In this document: positions 48,243-59,242 of the stretch, one piece after another | How positions within the stretch are numbered: position 1 is the first letter of the stretch | How the letters are laid out: each line of letters starts with the position of its first letter | DNA from: an uncultured Gemmatimonadaceae bacterium | GTDB lineage: Bacteria; Gemmatimonadota; Gemmatimonadetes; Gemmatimonadales; Gemmatimonadaceae | Assembly: GCA_963751275.1 (NCBI GenBank) | Contig: CAVVTZ010000002.1 | Span: 32,001-96,000, forward strand | Length of the DNA stretch: 64,000 bases | Direction of reading: 5' to 3' | The notes under the pieces: generated by a model | The model's input: the letters and a program-made list of their open reading frames with translations, nothing else | What the model was told of the DNA's origin: nothing | Databases searched by the model: none | Made by a program: the position numbers and the translations under genes

Positions 48243-48366
48243 GACGGGACCTGCCAACAGTGAGGGTCGGCGTCCAACATACCAGCCGATCGCCGTTCGC
48301 GCAGCATTGCTCCATTGCGCGACGAAGCCTCAGAGCGCGGCCGAGCGACGTCGCCGGGGCGAACTG

Positions 48367-48589
48367 CAACTGCTTTCACGCGGATGACGCGGATTACGCG
48401 GATGACGCGGATAGCTCCGTGGATCGGATGGCTCGTCGGCGGGAGATCGAGAACTCTTTCTTGTTGGTAACGGCAGGAACAAGAACGTGATTCGTACAAC
48501 CGGAGCTGCTCCGCCTCATGGAGCGATCCGCGCGTTCCGCGGCATCCGCGGCATCCGCGGCATCCGCGTCATCCGCGTGAAAGCAGTTG
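48367..48589. repeat. Family D inverted repeat with 9-nt (ACGCGGATG) subrepeats
   Basis: CAACTGCTTTCACGCGGATGACGCGGATTACGCGGATGACGCGGAT ... ATCCGCGGCATCCGCGTCATCCGCGTGAAAGCAGTTG. Confidence 0.9.
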
Positions 48590-48691
48590 TCTCTCTCGGC
48601 CGCACATCCCCGCGCCCGACCGCGCTCTGGCGCGGATTCCAGGCGGCCGGTAGAATCGCGAAGCATCCGGACCCCTCGATCGGGAGGCTTC

Positions 48692-49267
48692 ATGCGCCGT
48701 GCCCTGCTCGCCCCCGCGATCCTCCTCGCCGCGCTCGGCGCGTGCGTCACCGCATCCGTGGAATCGCGGCCGCTCACGCCCGACGAACTGTATTCACCGG
48801 GCAAGGCGCAGACGCTGGAGGGCGTGATCTTCTATCAGCCGCGGCCGTATCTGCTCACGTACGTGTTCACGCAATTCGATCCGGCCGCCTCGAAGAACCC
48901 GGCGGACAAGAACGCGCCGGCGACGGACAGCTGCTGGCGCACCATCCAGCATACGGAGCTGCTGATCCTCCCGGATTTCGCGCATCCGCGCATCATGACG
49001 CCGGTGCGATACGGGATCGGGACGGCGAAGCTGTCGGTGTCGATGTCCAACGGGCTGGTCACGGCGGTGAATTCGGACGCGTCGTCGACGCTGGCCGACG
49101 CGCTCAAGGCGGTGACCGGCGGCGCGGCGGATATCGCGGGCGCCATCAAGGCGGTCGCGCCGCCGCCTCCCAATGCCCGGAGGTGCAACGCAGGCGCCGC
49201 GCTCTCAATGATCGAGCCGATCGACTGGTCGAAATTGCCGATCAGGTTCGGGAAGGATACCGTCTAA
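48692..49267 (+). CDS. Hypothetical lipoprotein
   Basis: GGAGG RBS and lipobox LGAC. Confidence 0.75.
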   Translation: MRRALLAPAILLAALGACVTASVESRPLTPDELYSPGKAQTLEGVIFYQPRPYLLTYVFTQFDPAASKNPADKNAPATDSCWRTIQHTELLILPDFAHPRIMTPVRYGIGTAKLSVSMSNGLVTAVNSDASSTLADALKAVTGGAADIAGAIKAVAPPPPNARRCNAGAALSMIEPIDWSKLPIRFGKDTV

Positions 49268-49273
49268 CGACGA

Positions 49274-49436
49274 ACCCCTGACTCCGTTCTCGGTCCCCGA
49301 ACTCCGCCATTGGCAATTGAGGTGTAGTCGCGGCTCGGGCGGTTCTGGATAAGGGCGATCCCAAGGACGCCGTAGCCGTTACTACACCTCAATTGCCAAT
49401 GGCGGAGTTCGGGGGACCAAGTACGGAGTTCGGGGT
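49274..49436. repeat. Family C palindromic element
   Basis: CCCCGAACTCCGCCATTGGCAATTGAGGTGTAGT...ACTACACCTCAATTGCCAATGGCGGAGTTCGGGG. Confidence 0.92.
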
Positions 49437-49449
49437 GCTAAACTCGCTG

Positions 49450-51571
49450 CTATCGGTGAGCGGACCCGATCTTCTTCTCGAGGTACGCCGCCGTCGCTGA
49501 GTCTGCCGTCATCCAGTTCTTGTACAGCAGGAACCCGTGGATCTCATCCGGGAACACGATGAGCTCGTATTCCACCCCCGCCGCATCCAGCCGCCGCGCC
49601 AGATCCACGGTCTGCGCGAAATGCACGTTGCCGTCGGCGTCGCCCTGGATGAGTAGCACCGGGCTCTTCCAGCCCGCGATCGAACTCACCGGCGAAGAAC
49701 CCCACGCCACCACCTTGGCGCTGTCCACGTCGCCGCGCTCGTAGCGCCAGCCGGGCGGCGCGTACGCGTCCCGAATGTCGCTCACCCAATCGTGCACGCC
49801 GTGCATGTCCACGCCGGCGGCGAACACGTTCGAATTCCGCGCGAGCGCCATCGCCGGTGAGGATAGCCGCCGTACGACCCGCCCCAGATCCCCACGCGCT
49901 TCGGATCCACGTTCGGCAGCGATGCGGCGAACTTGCCGGCCGCGAGCACATCCTGATACTCCGCGGCGCCCGCCGGCCCCGCGTGCGGCGGATGATGGAA
50001 ATCGTGTCCGTACCCGACGCCCAGCCGGTAATTCACCGTCACCACCACGAAGCCTCGGCTCGCGAGATACTGATTCACCGCGTAGCTGTTCGCGTAGTAG
50101 TCCATGTAATGCCAGCCGAGCATCATTTGGCGCGGCGGGCCGCCATGCACGAACACCACGGCGGGCCGCTTGCCCGTGAACGCCGGATTCTCGAAGAGCT
50201 GTCCATGGATGAGCGTGCCATCGGCCGCCTTCCACGACACCGGCTTGGGTTCGACGAAACTCGCACCTGGCCAGTCGGCGGGAATGCGGTCGGCGCCAAG
50301 GAGCCGCGCGCCCTGCGCGGAGCCGAACGTGTAGACCGCCGGCACCGGCGGACGCCGCACCTCCGAGCTGATGAACGCCACCGCACTCATGTCGCCGGTG
50401 ATCACCGGCGTCCACTGGATCCCCGCGCCCATGGTGAGCGCGGTGAGCTCCGTGCGATCCACCGCGAGGCGGAAGAGATGACGGCGCGCGTCGTCGCCGG
50501 CGTGGCCGCCGGTGTTCGCGCTGTACACGATGAACTTGTGATCGCTCGACACGGACACGTGCTCCACCATGAAATTTCCGGCGGTGAGCAGCGTCGGCGC
50601 GGCGCCGCCCGCGGCCGGCACGGTGTAGAGATGCGGCCAATTGTCGAGGTCGGCGAGGAAGATGAGCACATCGCCCGCGCCCCACGCGAGGTTCGCGTTG
50701 CCCGCCGTCTCGGGGAAGGATCCATGCAGCGTCTTGGGACTCTGCCACGCGAGATGATCGGCGCCGCTCGCGACATCCACCACGCGGATCGCCCACGGAT
50801 CCGGCTGCTGCTTCAGGAACGAGCGTGGCGGGCCTCCCTGCCCCGGCATGCGCACGTAGGCGATGCGCTTCCCGTCGGGCGACCAGCGCGGATTGAAATC
50901 GTACGACGCCGCCGGCGCGAGGAATCGGATCGGCGTAGAGTCGTTCGTGAAGAGTCCGATGAAACTGTGATCCCCGCGGTCGGATGCGAACGCGAGCTGC
51001 GAGCCGTCGGGCGACCAGACCAGCTCGCCATTGGTGCCGCGCACGTAGAACAGTTGCGCGGCGGGCTTCCCGCTCGTGAGCGACACCGCGTACACCTGCC
51101 CGCCGCGAATGAACGCGACGCGGTCGCCCTTGGGCGAGACCGCCGGCGCATCGCCTTCCGCGAGCATCCGCGGCGCCGAGTCCGCCGAGACGTTCACCGC
51201 CCAGATCTCGACGCTCGGCTTCTTCGGATCGAGCGTGGGATCCGGCGGATCGTTCGGGCCAGTTCGAATCGTGGTCCCCGCCGCGCACGTAGACGACGGA
51301 CTTGCCGTCCGGCGTGAAGGCGAGTTGGCCGAGCTCCTGGCCGTCCTCGCCGTGAAACGCGTGAGCTTTCGAGCGGTCCAATCGGGCGCCTGGGCTTCGT
51401 AGATGTTCCGGACGCCCTGCTCGTTGAAGACCCACGCGACGGCCGCGCCACTCGGCGCGGCGGTGAGTTCAAGGGGTAGGGATAGCTCAGCGCCTGCTTG
51501 AGCGTGAAAGTCGGAGCCTGAGCGGCCAGCGCCGACGCGGTGCAGAGAGCGAACGTCAGGATCTTCTTCAT
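49450..51571 (-). CDS. S9 family (prolyl oligopeptidase-like) peptidase; several frameshifts
   Basis: Signal peptide, PD40-like WSPDG repeats, VHGGP, catalytic GGSYGG, QGDAD.NV and DEIHGF. Shifts near 51480, 51350, 51260 and 49860. Confidence 0.9.
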
Positions 51572-51624
51572 GGGAGCCTCGAATGGAGTCGGCCAGAATA
51601 TGCGGCACGAACGGCGATCTTGGC

Positions 51625-51787
51625 ACCCCGAACCCCGTACTTGGTCCCCCGAACTCCGCCATTGGCCATTGGCGCGTGGTCACGGCTCGGGCGGTTCTGG
51701 ATAAGGGCACTGCCAAGGACGCTCCAGCCGTGACCACACGCCAATGCTACATGCGGAGTTCGGGGGACCAAGGACGGAGTTCGGGGT
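51625..51787. repeat. Family C palindromic element
   Basis: CCCCGTACTTGGTCCCCCGAACTCCGC...GCGGAGTTCGGGGGACCAAGGACGGAG. Confidence 0.9.
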
Positions 51788-51800
51788 TCCAGTTCCGCCT

Positions 51801-52709
51801 TCAAGCTTTCACGAACTCTCTCCCTTCGTGCCCAAAGCTGAAGCAGGCCGGATGCAGGATCTCCGCGAGGATCTCCGCCGACTCGACGATCCTCGGTCCA
51901 CTTCGGTTGAAGTACGCATTCCCATCGGCGAGGTAAACGCGGCCACTCCTCACGGCGGGCAGATCCTGCCAACCGTCGATCGTCGTGAGCACCGGATACT
52001 CCGCCCGTGTCCGTTCGAGATCGAACCCGCACGGCGTCACCACGATCACTTCGGGCGCCGCCGCCGCCAGCGCGGCCGGCTCGCACACCGGACTGTGCCG
52101 CCCCGGTACGCCGAGCAGCGGCACGCCGCCCGCGACCTCCACGAGCTCCGGCATCCAATTACCGCCGGTAAAGATCGGCGCGATCCATTCGATCACCGCC
52201 ACGCGCGGATGCGGCAACGTGCGCGTCGTCGCGGCGATCGCGTCCATTCGCCGGCGCAGCGACGCGATCAGCTCCTCGCCGCGCTGCAGGATGCCGAGCG
52301 CCGCCGCGACCTTCGCGATGTCACTCCAGATGTCGCCCAGCGTGTACGGCGACAGATCCACGATCGGCGTGTCGTGTCCGAGCCATGCGCCGCAGGTGGC
52401 CGCGAGGTCGCCCGGACTGACGGCGCAAACCTCGCACTGGGTTTGGGTGACTAATACGTCAGGCGCCAGCGCGCGCAGCTTCTCAGAATCCACGCGGTAC
52501 ACCGACAGTCCCTCCTGCAGCACCGCTTGAACCTGCTGATGGATCTCGTAGCTCGTGCCGTCGAACGGGTACTTGGGCGACGTGACTTGCGGGAGCGCTT
52601 TCACGCCCGCGGGGTAGTCACACTCGTGCGACCGGCCGACCAACCAACTCTGTTGGCCGAGGGCGCAGATGATCTCGGTTCCGCTCGCGAGCAAGGATAC
52701 GATCTTCAT
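51801..52709 (-). CDS. BtuF-like cobalamin/Fe3+ ABC-type binding-domain protein (no signal peptide)
   Basis: MKIVSLLASGTEII.ALG, LVGRSHECDYP, TQTQCEVCAV, PCGF and FNRSGPRIVES. Confidence 0.88.
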   Translation of the reverse strand: MKIVSLLASGTEIICALGQQSWLVGRSHECDYPAGVKALPQVTSPKYPFDGTSYEIHQQVQAVLQEGLSVYRVDSEKLRALAPDVLVTQTQCEVCAVSPGDLAATCGAWLGHDTPIVDLSPYTLGDIWSDIAKVAAALGILQRGEELIASLRRRMDAIAATTRTLPHPRVAVIEWIAPIFTGGNWMPELVEVAGGVPLLGVPGRHSPVCEPAALAAAAPEVIVVTPCGFDLERTRAEYPVLTTIDGWQDLPAVRSGRVYLADGNAYFNRSGPRIVESAEILAEILHPACFSFGHEGREFVKA

Positions 52710-52766
52710 GTGCGAAAGCTATTACTTCGGCCATCGAATAGGCGATACTTGAATGGGCCGCCGTGC

Positions 52767-52854
52767 CGATCATGTCCATCATGTCCATCCTGTCAAAGTA
52801 GTTGCTGGTAGGACGGAAACACTTTGGACATGATGGACATGATGGACATGATCG
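52767..52854. repeat. Family A palindrome (inside-out form, degenerate)
   Basis: CGATCATGTCCATCATGTCCATCCTGTCAAAGT...ACTTTGGACATGATGGACATGATGGACATGATCG. Confidence 0.82.
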
Positions 52855-52878
52855 TACGAGTTCAGAACCGCCACCACG

Positions 52879-53895
52879 GTGTCATCTGTGATCAGCATCC
52901 GACAGCTTTCCCTCCTCGCGCTGCTGGCGTGCGCGCCGGCGCTCCGCGCGCAGGACGTGCCATCCGTCCCGGACATCGACCGCGTGCGCATCGCGGAGGC
53001 GTTCCGGCTCGCGGACGCCGTGCAGGACAAGATCTGGCCCGGGTGGAGCAGCGCGCCCTTCGCGGTGCTGCTCGTGACACCGAAGTACGAATACCTCATG
53101 CGGCACCCGAATCCGAGCAGCGACTTCACGCTTATCGGCTACGACAGCGTGCTCAAGGAGAAGGTGTGGTACCGCGAACGGCAGTACGCCGTCAGCTTCC
53201 TCGCGACCTTCCCGGCCGTGAACGGACTGCCGACGGTCGTCATTGGCGAAGCGGAGTACACCACGTCGAAGACGAGCACGCCGTGGGTCGTGACGCTGCT
53301 CCACGAACACTTCCATCAGCTCCAATATTCGCGCCCGGGCTACTACGACGGCGTGACCGCGCTCGGGCTCGACCATGGCGACAAATCGGGAATGTGGATG
53401 CTGGATTTCCCGTTCCCCTATGCGGACTCCGCGGTACAGGCGAAGTTCGCCGCCGCCGCGCGCGCACTCGGCGCGGCCGTGCAGGAACGCGGGCGCCCCG
53501 GATTCGCCGAGGCGGTGGCGGCGTTCGAGCGCGACGACAAGGCGCTCCTGGAAAAAGCAGGCCCCGAACCCGCGAAGTACCTCGCGTTCGAGTTGTGGCA
53601 GGAGGGGATCGCGCGGTATACGGAGTACCGTATCGCCGCGGCGGCGGCGAACGGCTACGAGCCGGGTGCGGAGTTCAAGGCGCTCAAGGATTACACGCCG
53701 TACTCCGCGACGGCGGCGAAGATCCTGAGCGCGATCGAGACCGAGCTCGCGAACGAGAAGCTCGGCGATGATAGGCGGACGGTGGTGTACAACTTCGGCG
53801 CCGCAATGGGACTGGCGCTGGACGGGTGGGCACCCGGATGGCAGGCGAAGTACTTCGCGGAGCCGTTCGCGCTGGAGCCGTACTTCAGGCGCTGA
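52879..53895 (+). CDS. Exported hypothetical protein with HExxH motif (possible zinc peptidase)
   Basis: Signal peptide; LLHEHFHQLQ and a downstream QEGIARYTE. Confidence 0.75.
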   Translation: MSSVISIRQLSLLALLACAPALRAQDVPSVPDIDRVRIAEAFRLADAVQDKIWPGWSSAPFAVLLVTPKYEYLMRHPNPSSDFTLIGYDSVLKEKVWYRERQYAVSFLATFPAVNGLPTVVIGEAEYTTSKTSTPWVVTLLHEHFHQLQYSRPGYYDGVTALGLDHGDKSGMWMLDFPFPYADSAVQAKFAAAARALGAAVQERGRPGFAEAVAAFERDDKALLEKAGPEPAKYLAFELWQEGIARYTEYRIAAAAANGYEPGAEFKALKDYTPYSATAAKILSAIETELANEKLGDDRRTVVYNFGAAMGLALDGWAPGWQAKYFAEPFALEPYFRR

Positions 53896-53904
53896 GAGCG
53901 GGAG

Positions 53905-54029
53905 TAGCGACCCGAACTCCGTTATTCGTCACCCGAACTCCGTCAGTTGAACTTGAGTCGTGCGTGGATACAGCGCACGACTCGTTACTCACGGCGTTCG
54001 GGGCACCAATGACGGAGTTCGGAGTGCTA
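53905..54029. repeat. Family C palindromic element (short variant)
   Basis: CCGAACTCCGTTATTCGTCACCCGAACTCCGT...ACGGCGTTCGGGGCACCAATGACGGAGTTCGG. Confidence 0.8.
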
Positions 54030-54038
54030 CTCTCGCTC

Positions 54039-55684
54039 TCAACCCTTCATTGCCATGGCCGCCGCACGTCCCGCAGTGCGACCCGAGAAAAGGCAGCCGC
54101 CCAGGAATGTCCCCTCCAGCGCGCGATAGCCGTGCATCCCGCCGCCGCCGAACCCCGCCGCCTCACCCACGGCGTATAGCCCAGGAAACGGTTGGCCATC
54201 CGCCCGTAGCACGCGCGCGGACAGATCCGTCTCGAGTCCGCCGAGCGTCTTGCGTGTGAGAATATTGAGCCGCACCGCGATCAGCGGGCCGGCACTTGGA
54301 TCGAGCAGGCGGTGGGGCTTCGCGACGCGGATCGATCCGGTCGCCGATGTACTTCCGCGCACGCAGGATCTCGGCGGCCTGCGGGTCCTTCTGCTCGTCG
54401 CGCGCGCGCACCTCGCGCTCCACCTGCGCGAGATCGAGCAGCGGTCGCTCCGTGATCGCGTTCATCCCTGCGACCAGTTCCGGCAGCGTGCGCCGCACGA
54501 CGAAGTCGGCGCCGCGCTGCTTGAACGCTTCCACCGGCGGCGGCGCGCCGCCGAGCAGGCGGCTCCGGATGAGCCCGATCACGCTCTTGTTCGTGACATC
54601 GGGATTCTGCTCGGATCCGCTCAGCGCGAATTCCTTCTCGATGATCTTCTGCGTGAGCACGAACCACGTGTAGTGGTAACCCGTGGTCATGATGTGCGCG
54701 AGCGTGCCGAGCGTGTCGAAGCCGGGGAAGATCGGCGCGGGCAAGCGGCGGCCGCGCGCATCCAACCAGAGCGACGACGGCCCGGGCAGGATCCTGATCC
54801 CGTGATCGGTCCAGATCGGCGCCCAGTTCTGCAGCCCTTCTGTGTAATGCCACATGCGATCGCCGTTCACGACGCGCGCGCCCGCGCGCTCGGAGATCGC
54901 GAGCATCCGCCCGTCCACGTGATCGGGCACGCCGCACACCATGCGCTTGGGCGCCGCGCCGAGCCGCGCCGGCCAATTCTTGCGCACCAGTTCGAGATTC
55001 GCGCCGATCCCGCCCGACGCGACGATCACCGCCTGCGCGGCAAAATCGAACACGCCAACCGCCACACGCGAACTCTTTTGTCCGCGCGCCACCGCGCTCG
55101 GCTCCAGCACGTCGCCGCTGGCGCCGGTCACGGCACCGTTGGTGACGATGAGCTCGTTCACGCGATGGCGGAACTTGAGTGTGATCAGCCCCTTCGCTTC
55201 CGCCGCGCGCACGCGCCGCACGAACGGCGCGAGCACGCCGGGCCCCGTGCCCCACGTGGAGATGGAACCGTGGCACCGAGTTCCCCACGCTGCTCCCCGG
55301 CACGCCGCCGCGCTCCGCCCATCCCACCACCGGGAAGAAGTGGATCCCCTGCGCGTGCACCCACGACCGTTTCTCGCCCGCCGCGAAATCGACGTACGCC
55401 TCCGCCCACTTGCGCGGCCACGCATCCTCGGCGCGATCGAAACCGGCGGTGTTCATCCAGTCTTGCATTGCGAGCTGGCGCGAATCCTTGATGCCCAGGC
55501 GGCGCTGCTCGGGGGAATCCACGAGAAAGAGTCCGCCAAGGGACCAGAAGGCCTGGCCGCCGAGGGATTGTTCGGGCTCCTGCTCCACGATGATCACGCG
55601 GCGGCCGGCATCGGCGAGCTCAGCCGCCGCGACGAGGCCGGCCAGGCCAGCACCAACAATGAGGACGTCAGCATCGGCGGGCAT
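54039..55684 (-). CDS. FAD-binding dehydrogenase (FAD_binding_2 family); frameshifts near 55260 and 54335
   Basis: DVLIVGAGLAGLVAA, GGQAFWSLGG, SGGIGAN, HGIRILPGPSSLW, TRKTLGGL and HGYRALEGTFLGGCLFSGR. Confidence 0.9.
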
Positions 55685-55728
55685 GGTCCACTTACCATAC
55701 ACGGGCACTGCCGAAGACGGCAGTGGAA

Positions 55729-55884
55729 ACCCGGACTCCGTACTTGGTCCCCCGAACGCCGCGTTTGGGGTTGGCGTGTGGTCAAGGCTCAGGCGTCCTT
55801 GGCCGCGACCAAGAACGCACGAGCCGTTGCCACACCTCAAACGCCAATGGCGGCGTTCGGGGGACCAGGAACGGCGTTCGGGGT
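55729..55884. repeat. Family C palindromic element
   Basis: CTCCGTACTTGGTCCCCCGAACGCCGC...GCGGCGTTCGGGGGACCAGGAACGGCG. Confidence 0.88.
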
Positions 55885-55904
55885 GCCACGATCGCCGTTC
55901 GCAG

Positions 55905-58611
55905 TTACTCCGCCCTCAACGCCTCCGTGGGCTCAATACGCGCTGCGCGGCGTGCCGGCACCCAACTCGCCGCGAGCACCGCCCCCACGAGCACAAGAAT
56001 GATCCCCGCGTACGTCACGGGGTCGCTCGTGCCCACATCGTAGAGCAGCGAGCCGAGCACGCGCGTGGAGATCAGCGCCCCCGCGAGCCCGATCGCGGCG
56101 CCCGCCGCCGCGACGCCCACGCCCTGCCGCACGATGAGCCGCACCACATCCTCGCGTTTGGCGCCGAGCGCGATGCGCACGCCGATCTCGCGCGTGCGCT
56201 GGCTCACGGCGAATGAGATCACCCCGTACGTGCCCATCGTCGCGAGCGCGAGCGCCATCGCCGCGAAGAGCGCGAGGAGGAACGCGCGGAATCGCATCGC
56301 CGCGGTCGCATCGGCCACGCGCGACGCCATGGTGCGCACGTCGTACAGCGGCGCGTCCGGATTGAGCTGGTGCGTCACCTGCCGCGCCGCGCCGGCGAGC
56401 GCCAGCGGGTCGCCGGTGGTGCGCACGTACACCATCATGCGCCCGCGCATGGACTGGTAGTACGAGAGATACACATCGGGCACGGGCAGCGAGTCGGGCG
56501 TGACGTACCGCACGTCGCCCACGACGCCCACCACATGCGCCGTGTCCTTCCAGAATCCGCCCTGCCCCACGCTGACCGGCTTTCCGAGCGGATCCTCTCC
56601 CGGCCACAGCTTACGGGCCGCGGTCTCGCTGACGAGCACCACCTTCGGTGCACCGGCGCGGTCCTGGTCGGTGAACAGGCGCCCCCGTACGAGCGGCACG
56701 TGCAGCGCGGCGTTCCACTGCGGCGTGATCCAGTGGACGCCCACGAGCGGCTCGGTGCCGGCCGCCGCCGGCGGCCGGTCGCGCAGCGCCGCGACCGTGA
56801 TGTTGCAGCCGCCGCCGAGCGGCGGGCAATCGCCGAGGCCCACGGCGGTCACGCCGGGCAGCGCGGACAAGCGCTGGATCATCGCGTCGTAGAAGTTCGG
56901 CAGCGAATCCTTCGTGGCCGACGCGGGCGCGTTGAAGCGCATCGTCAGCACCCGCGAGGAATCGAAGCCGGCGTTCACGCCGAGCAGCCGCGTCGAGGCT
57001 GCGCACCATCAGCCCCGATCCCGCGAGGAGCACGAGCGAGATCGCGATCTCCGCCACGGCCAGCGCATTGCGGCTGGTCATCCATCGCCGTTCCGCGTGC
57101 GGCGCTTCGCCCTTGAGCGCACCGCTGAGCGCGGGGTGTGTGGACTGCAGCGCCGGGACGAGTCCGAACAGCAGGCCGGTGGCGAGCGCGAGCAGTGCGG
57201 CGAACGCGAAGGCCGCGCCATCGAGGCGGATCGTGCTGAAGTTCACCGCGCCGATCCCCGACGCTTCGCTGAGCTGCAGCGCGCTGGATGGATCGAGCGC
57301 GGCGAGGATGCGCACGCCCCACCAGGCCACCGCGAGGCCGAGCGCGCCGCCGGCGCACGAGAGCAGCAGGCTTTCGGTGAGCAGCTGGCGCACGAGGCGC
57401 GCGCGTCCCGCGCCCACCGCGAGGCGCACCGCGATCTCGCGGCGCCGCCCGCTCGCGCGGATGAGGAAGAGGTTCGCGACGTTCGCGCACGCCGCGAGCA
57501 GCACGAGGCCAACCGCGGCGAGCAGCACGAGCAGCGAGCGGCGCACGAGCGGATCCACGCGCGTGCCGTCGAGCTCGCGCGCCACGACGCCCCAATGCTG
57601 GTCGGGGATCTCCGGATGCGGATACGCCGCGTCCACGGCCACGGCCGCGCGCTTCACGTCCTCCTTCGCCTGCGCGACGGAGACGCCCGGCTTCAAGCGC
57701 GCGGTGAGATTGAAGCTGTGGCTCCACGGCTGCGTGACGTACTCGGGCGCAAGCGACATCACGGGGAGCAGGATGTCCGCCTTCCCTGAGAGGCCGCGGA
57801 ATCCGGGAGGCAGAACGCCCACCATGGTGTACGGTTCGCCGTCGATCACCACGGTGCGGCCGATCACCGACGGGTCGGCGTTGAACTTCCGCTTCCAGAA
57901 CGCATCGCCGAGGAGCACGACCTTCGCGGAACCCGGCGTCACGTCCTCGGATGCCAGGAAGTCGCGGCCGAGCGCGGGCCGAATGCCGAGCACCGTGAGG
58001 TAGCGCGCGCCGACGATCTCATCGGAAACGCGCTCCGGCTCATCGCCGGCGGTGAGCGTCCCCTGCCACTCCATGGAAAGGGCGAGCTCGCTGAACGACG
58101 TCTGCGCATTGCGGAAGACCAGGAACTTGGGATTCGACCAGACGAGCGCATCGTCCCCCGGTTGGCCGTTCCACGGCGGGCGCGAGAGGCTCACCTGCAT
58201 GAGCCGGTCGGGCTCGCGGAAGGGGAGCGGCCGCAGGAGCATCGCGTTCACCGCGCTGAAGATCGCGGTGTTGGCGCCGATGCCGATCGCGAGCGTGAGG
58301 ATCGCGACCGCGGTGAAGCCGGGCGTGCGGCGGAAGGCGCGCAGCGCGAAGCGCAGGTCCTGCGTGGTCGTGTCGAGCCAGGACAGTCCGGCGGTCATGC
58401 GCGCCTCCTCTTTCACGTTGGTGACATTGCCGAAGCGGCGGCGGGCGGCGTGCACGGCTTCGTCGGCGCTCACCGCGCCGCGCCCGGCGTGTTCCCGCTG
58501 CATCGCCTCGAGCGAGAGATGCAGGCGGATCTCGGCCTCCAATTCGCGCGCGTGCGCTTCGGGGTCGCGCAGCACGCGCCAGCGGTAGCGGAGCGAATCG
58601 AGGAAGGACAT
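55905..58611 (-). CDS. Duplicated MacB/FtsX ABC permease (ADOP family); frameshift near 56990
   Basis: [15 protein letters not shown]...[46 protein letters not shown] and [17 protein letters not shown]. Confidence 0.93.
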
Positions 58612-58620
58612 GGGGATCGC

Positions 58621-58962
58621 CTAGGCGCGCCGCATCACGCGGCCGATCGCCGCGAGCACGCGGTCGAAGCTGACGATCTCCTGGCCGAGCTGCCGCCGGC
58701 CGGCGGCGGTCATGGTGTAGTAGCGCGCGCGCCGGCCGGTGGGCGACTGCCCCCATTTGGAGGTGACCCAGCCTTTCTTCTGCAACCGCTCGAGCGCGGG
58801 GTAGAGGCTCCCTTGCTCCACCGACAGCACGTCCCGCGAGAGGGCTTCGATCTGCTGCGCGATCGCGTAGCCGTGCATGGGCTGGACGGTCAAGGTCTTG
58901 AGGATCAGCATGTCGAGAGTGCCTTTCAACAGTTCGGATCGCTCGGCGGGCGAACGGGCCAT
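58621..58962 (-). CDS. PadR family transcriptional regulator
   Basis: LLKGTLDMLIL, MHGYAI, GSLYPALERL and RRARYY. Confidence 0.95.
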   Translation of the reverse strand: MARSPAERSELLKGTLDMLILKTLTVQPMHGYAIAQQIEALSRDVLSVEQGSLYPALERLQKKGWVTSKWGQSPTGRRARYYTMTAAGRRQLGQEIVSFDRVLAAIGRVMRRA

Positions 58963-58988
58963 CGGGGAGCCTCGTATAGGAAGAATAC

Positions 58989-59005
58989 CTACCTATGATA
59001 GGTAG
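58989..59005. promoter_or_regulatory. Palindromic operator candidate CTACCTAT-G-ATAGGTAG upstream of padR
   Basis: Perfect 8-bp inverted repeat 27 nt upstream of the padR start. Confidence 0.6.
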
Positions 59006-59047
59006 ACACCCTGACTATCACAATGGTTGCCGACGACGGAAAGTGGG

Positions 59048-59207
59048 AGTGGAACCCCGAAGCCCGTACTTGGTCCCCCGAACTCCGTTGTTAGCAATTG
59101 AGGCGTGGTCACGGCTCGGGCGTTCCTAGCGACGCCCGAGCCGTGACCACGCCTCAATTGCTAACAACGGAGTTCGGGGGACCAAGTACGGAGTTCGGGT
59201 CGCCACT
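59048..59207. repeat. Family C palindromic element (near-perfect)
   Basis: CGTACTTGGTCCCCCGAACTCCGTTGTTAGCAATTGAGGCGTGGTCACGGCTCGGGCGT, loop, then its exact reverse complement. Confidence 0.95.
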
Positions 59208-59242
59208 TTCGCTCTGATGGCCCTCCCGTCCGTTATCATTCA

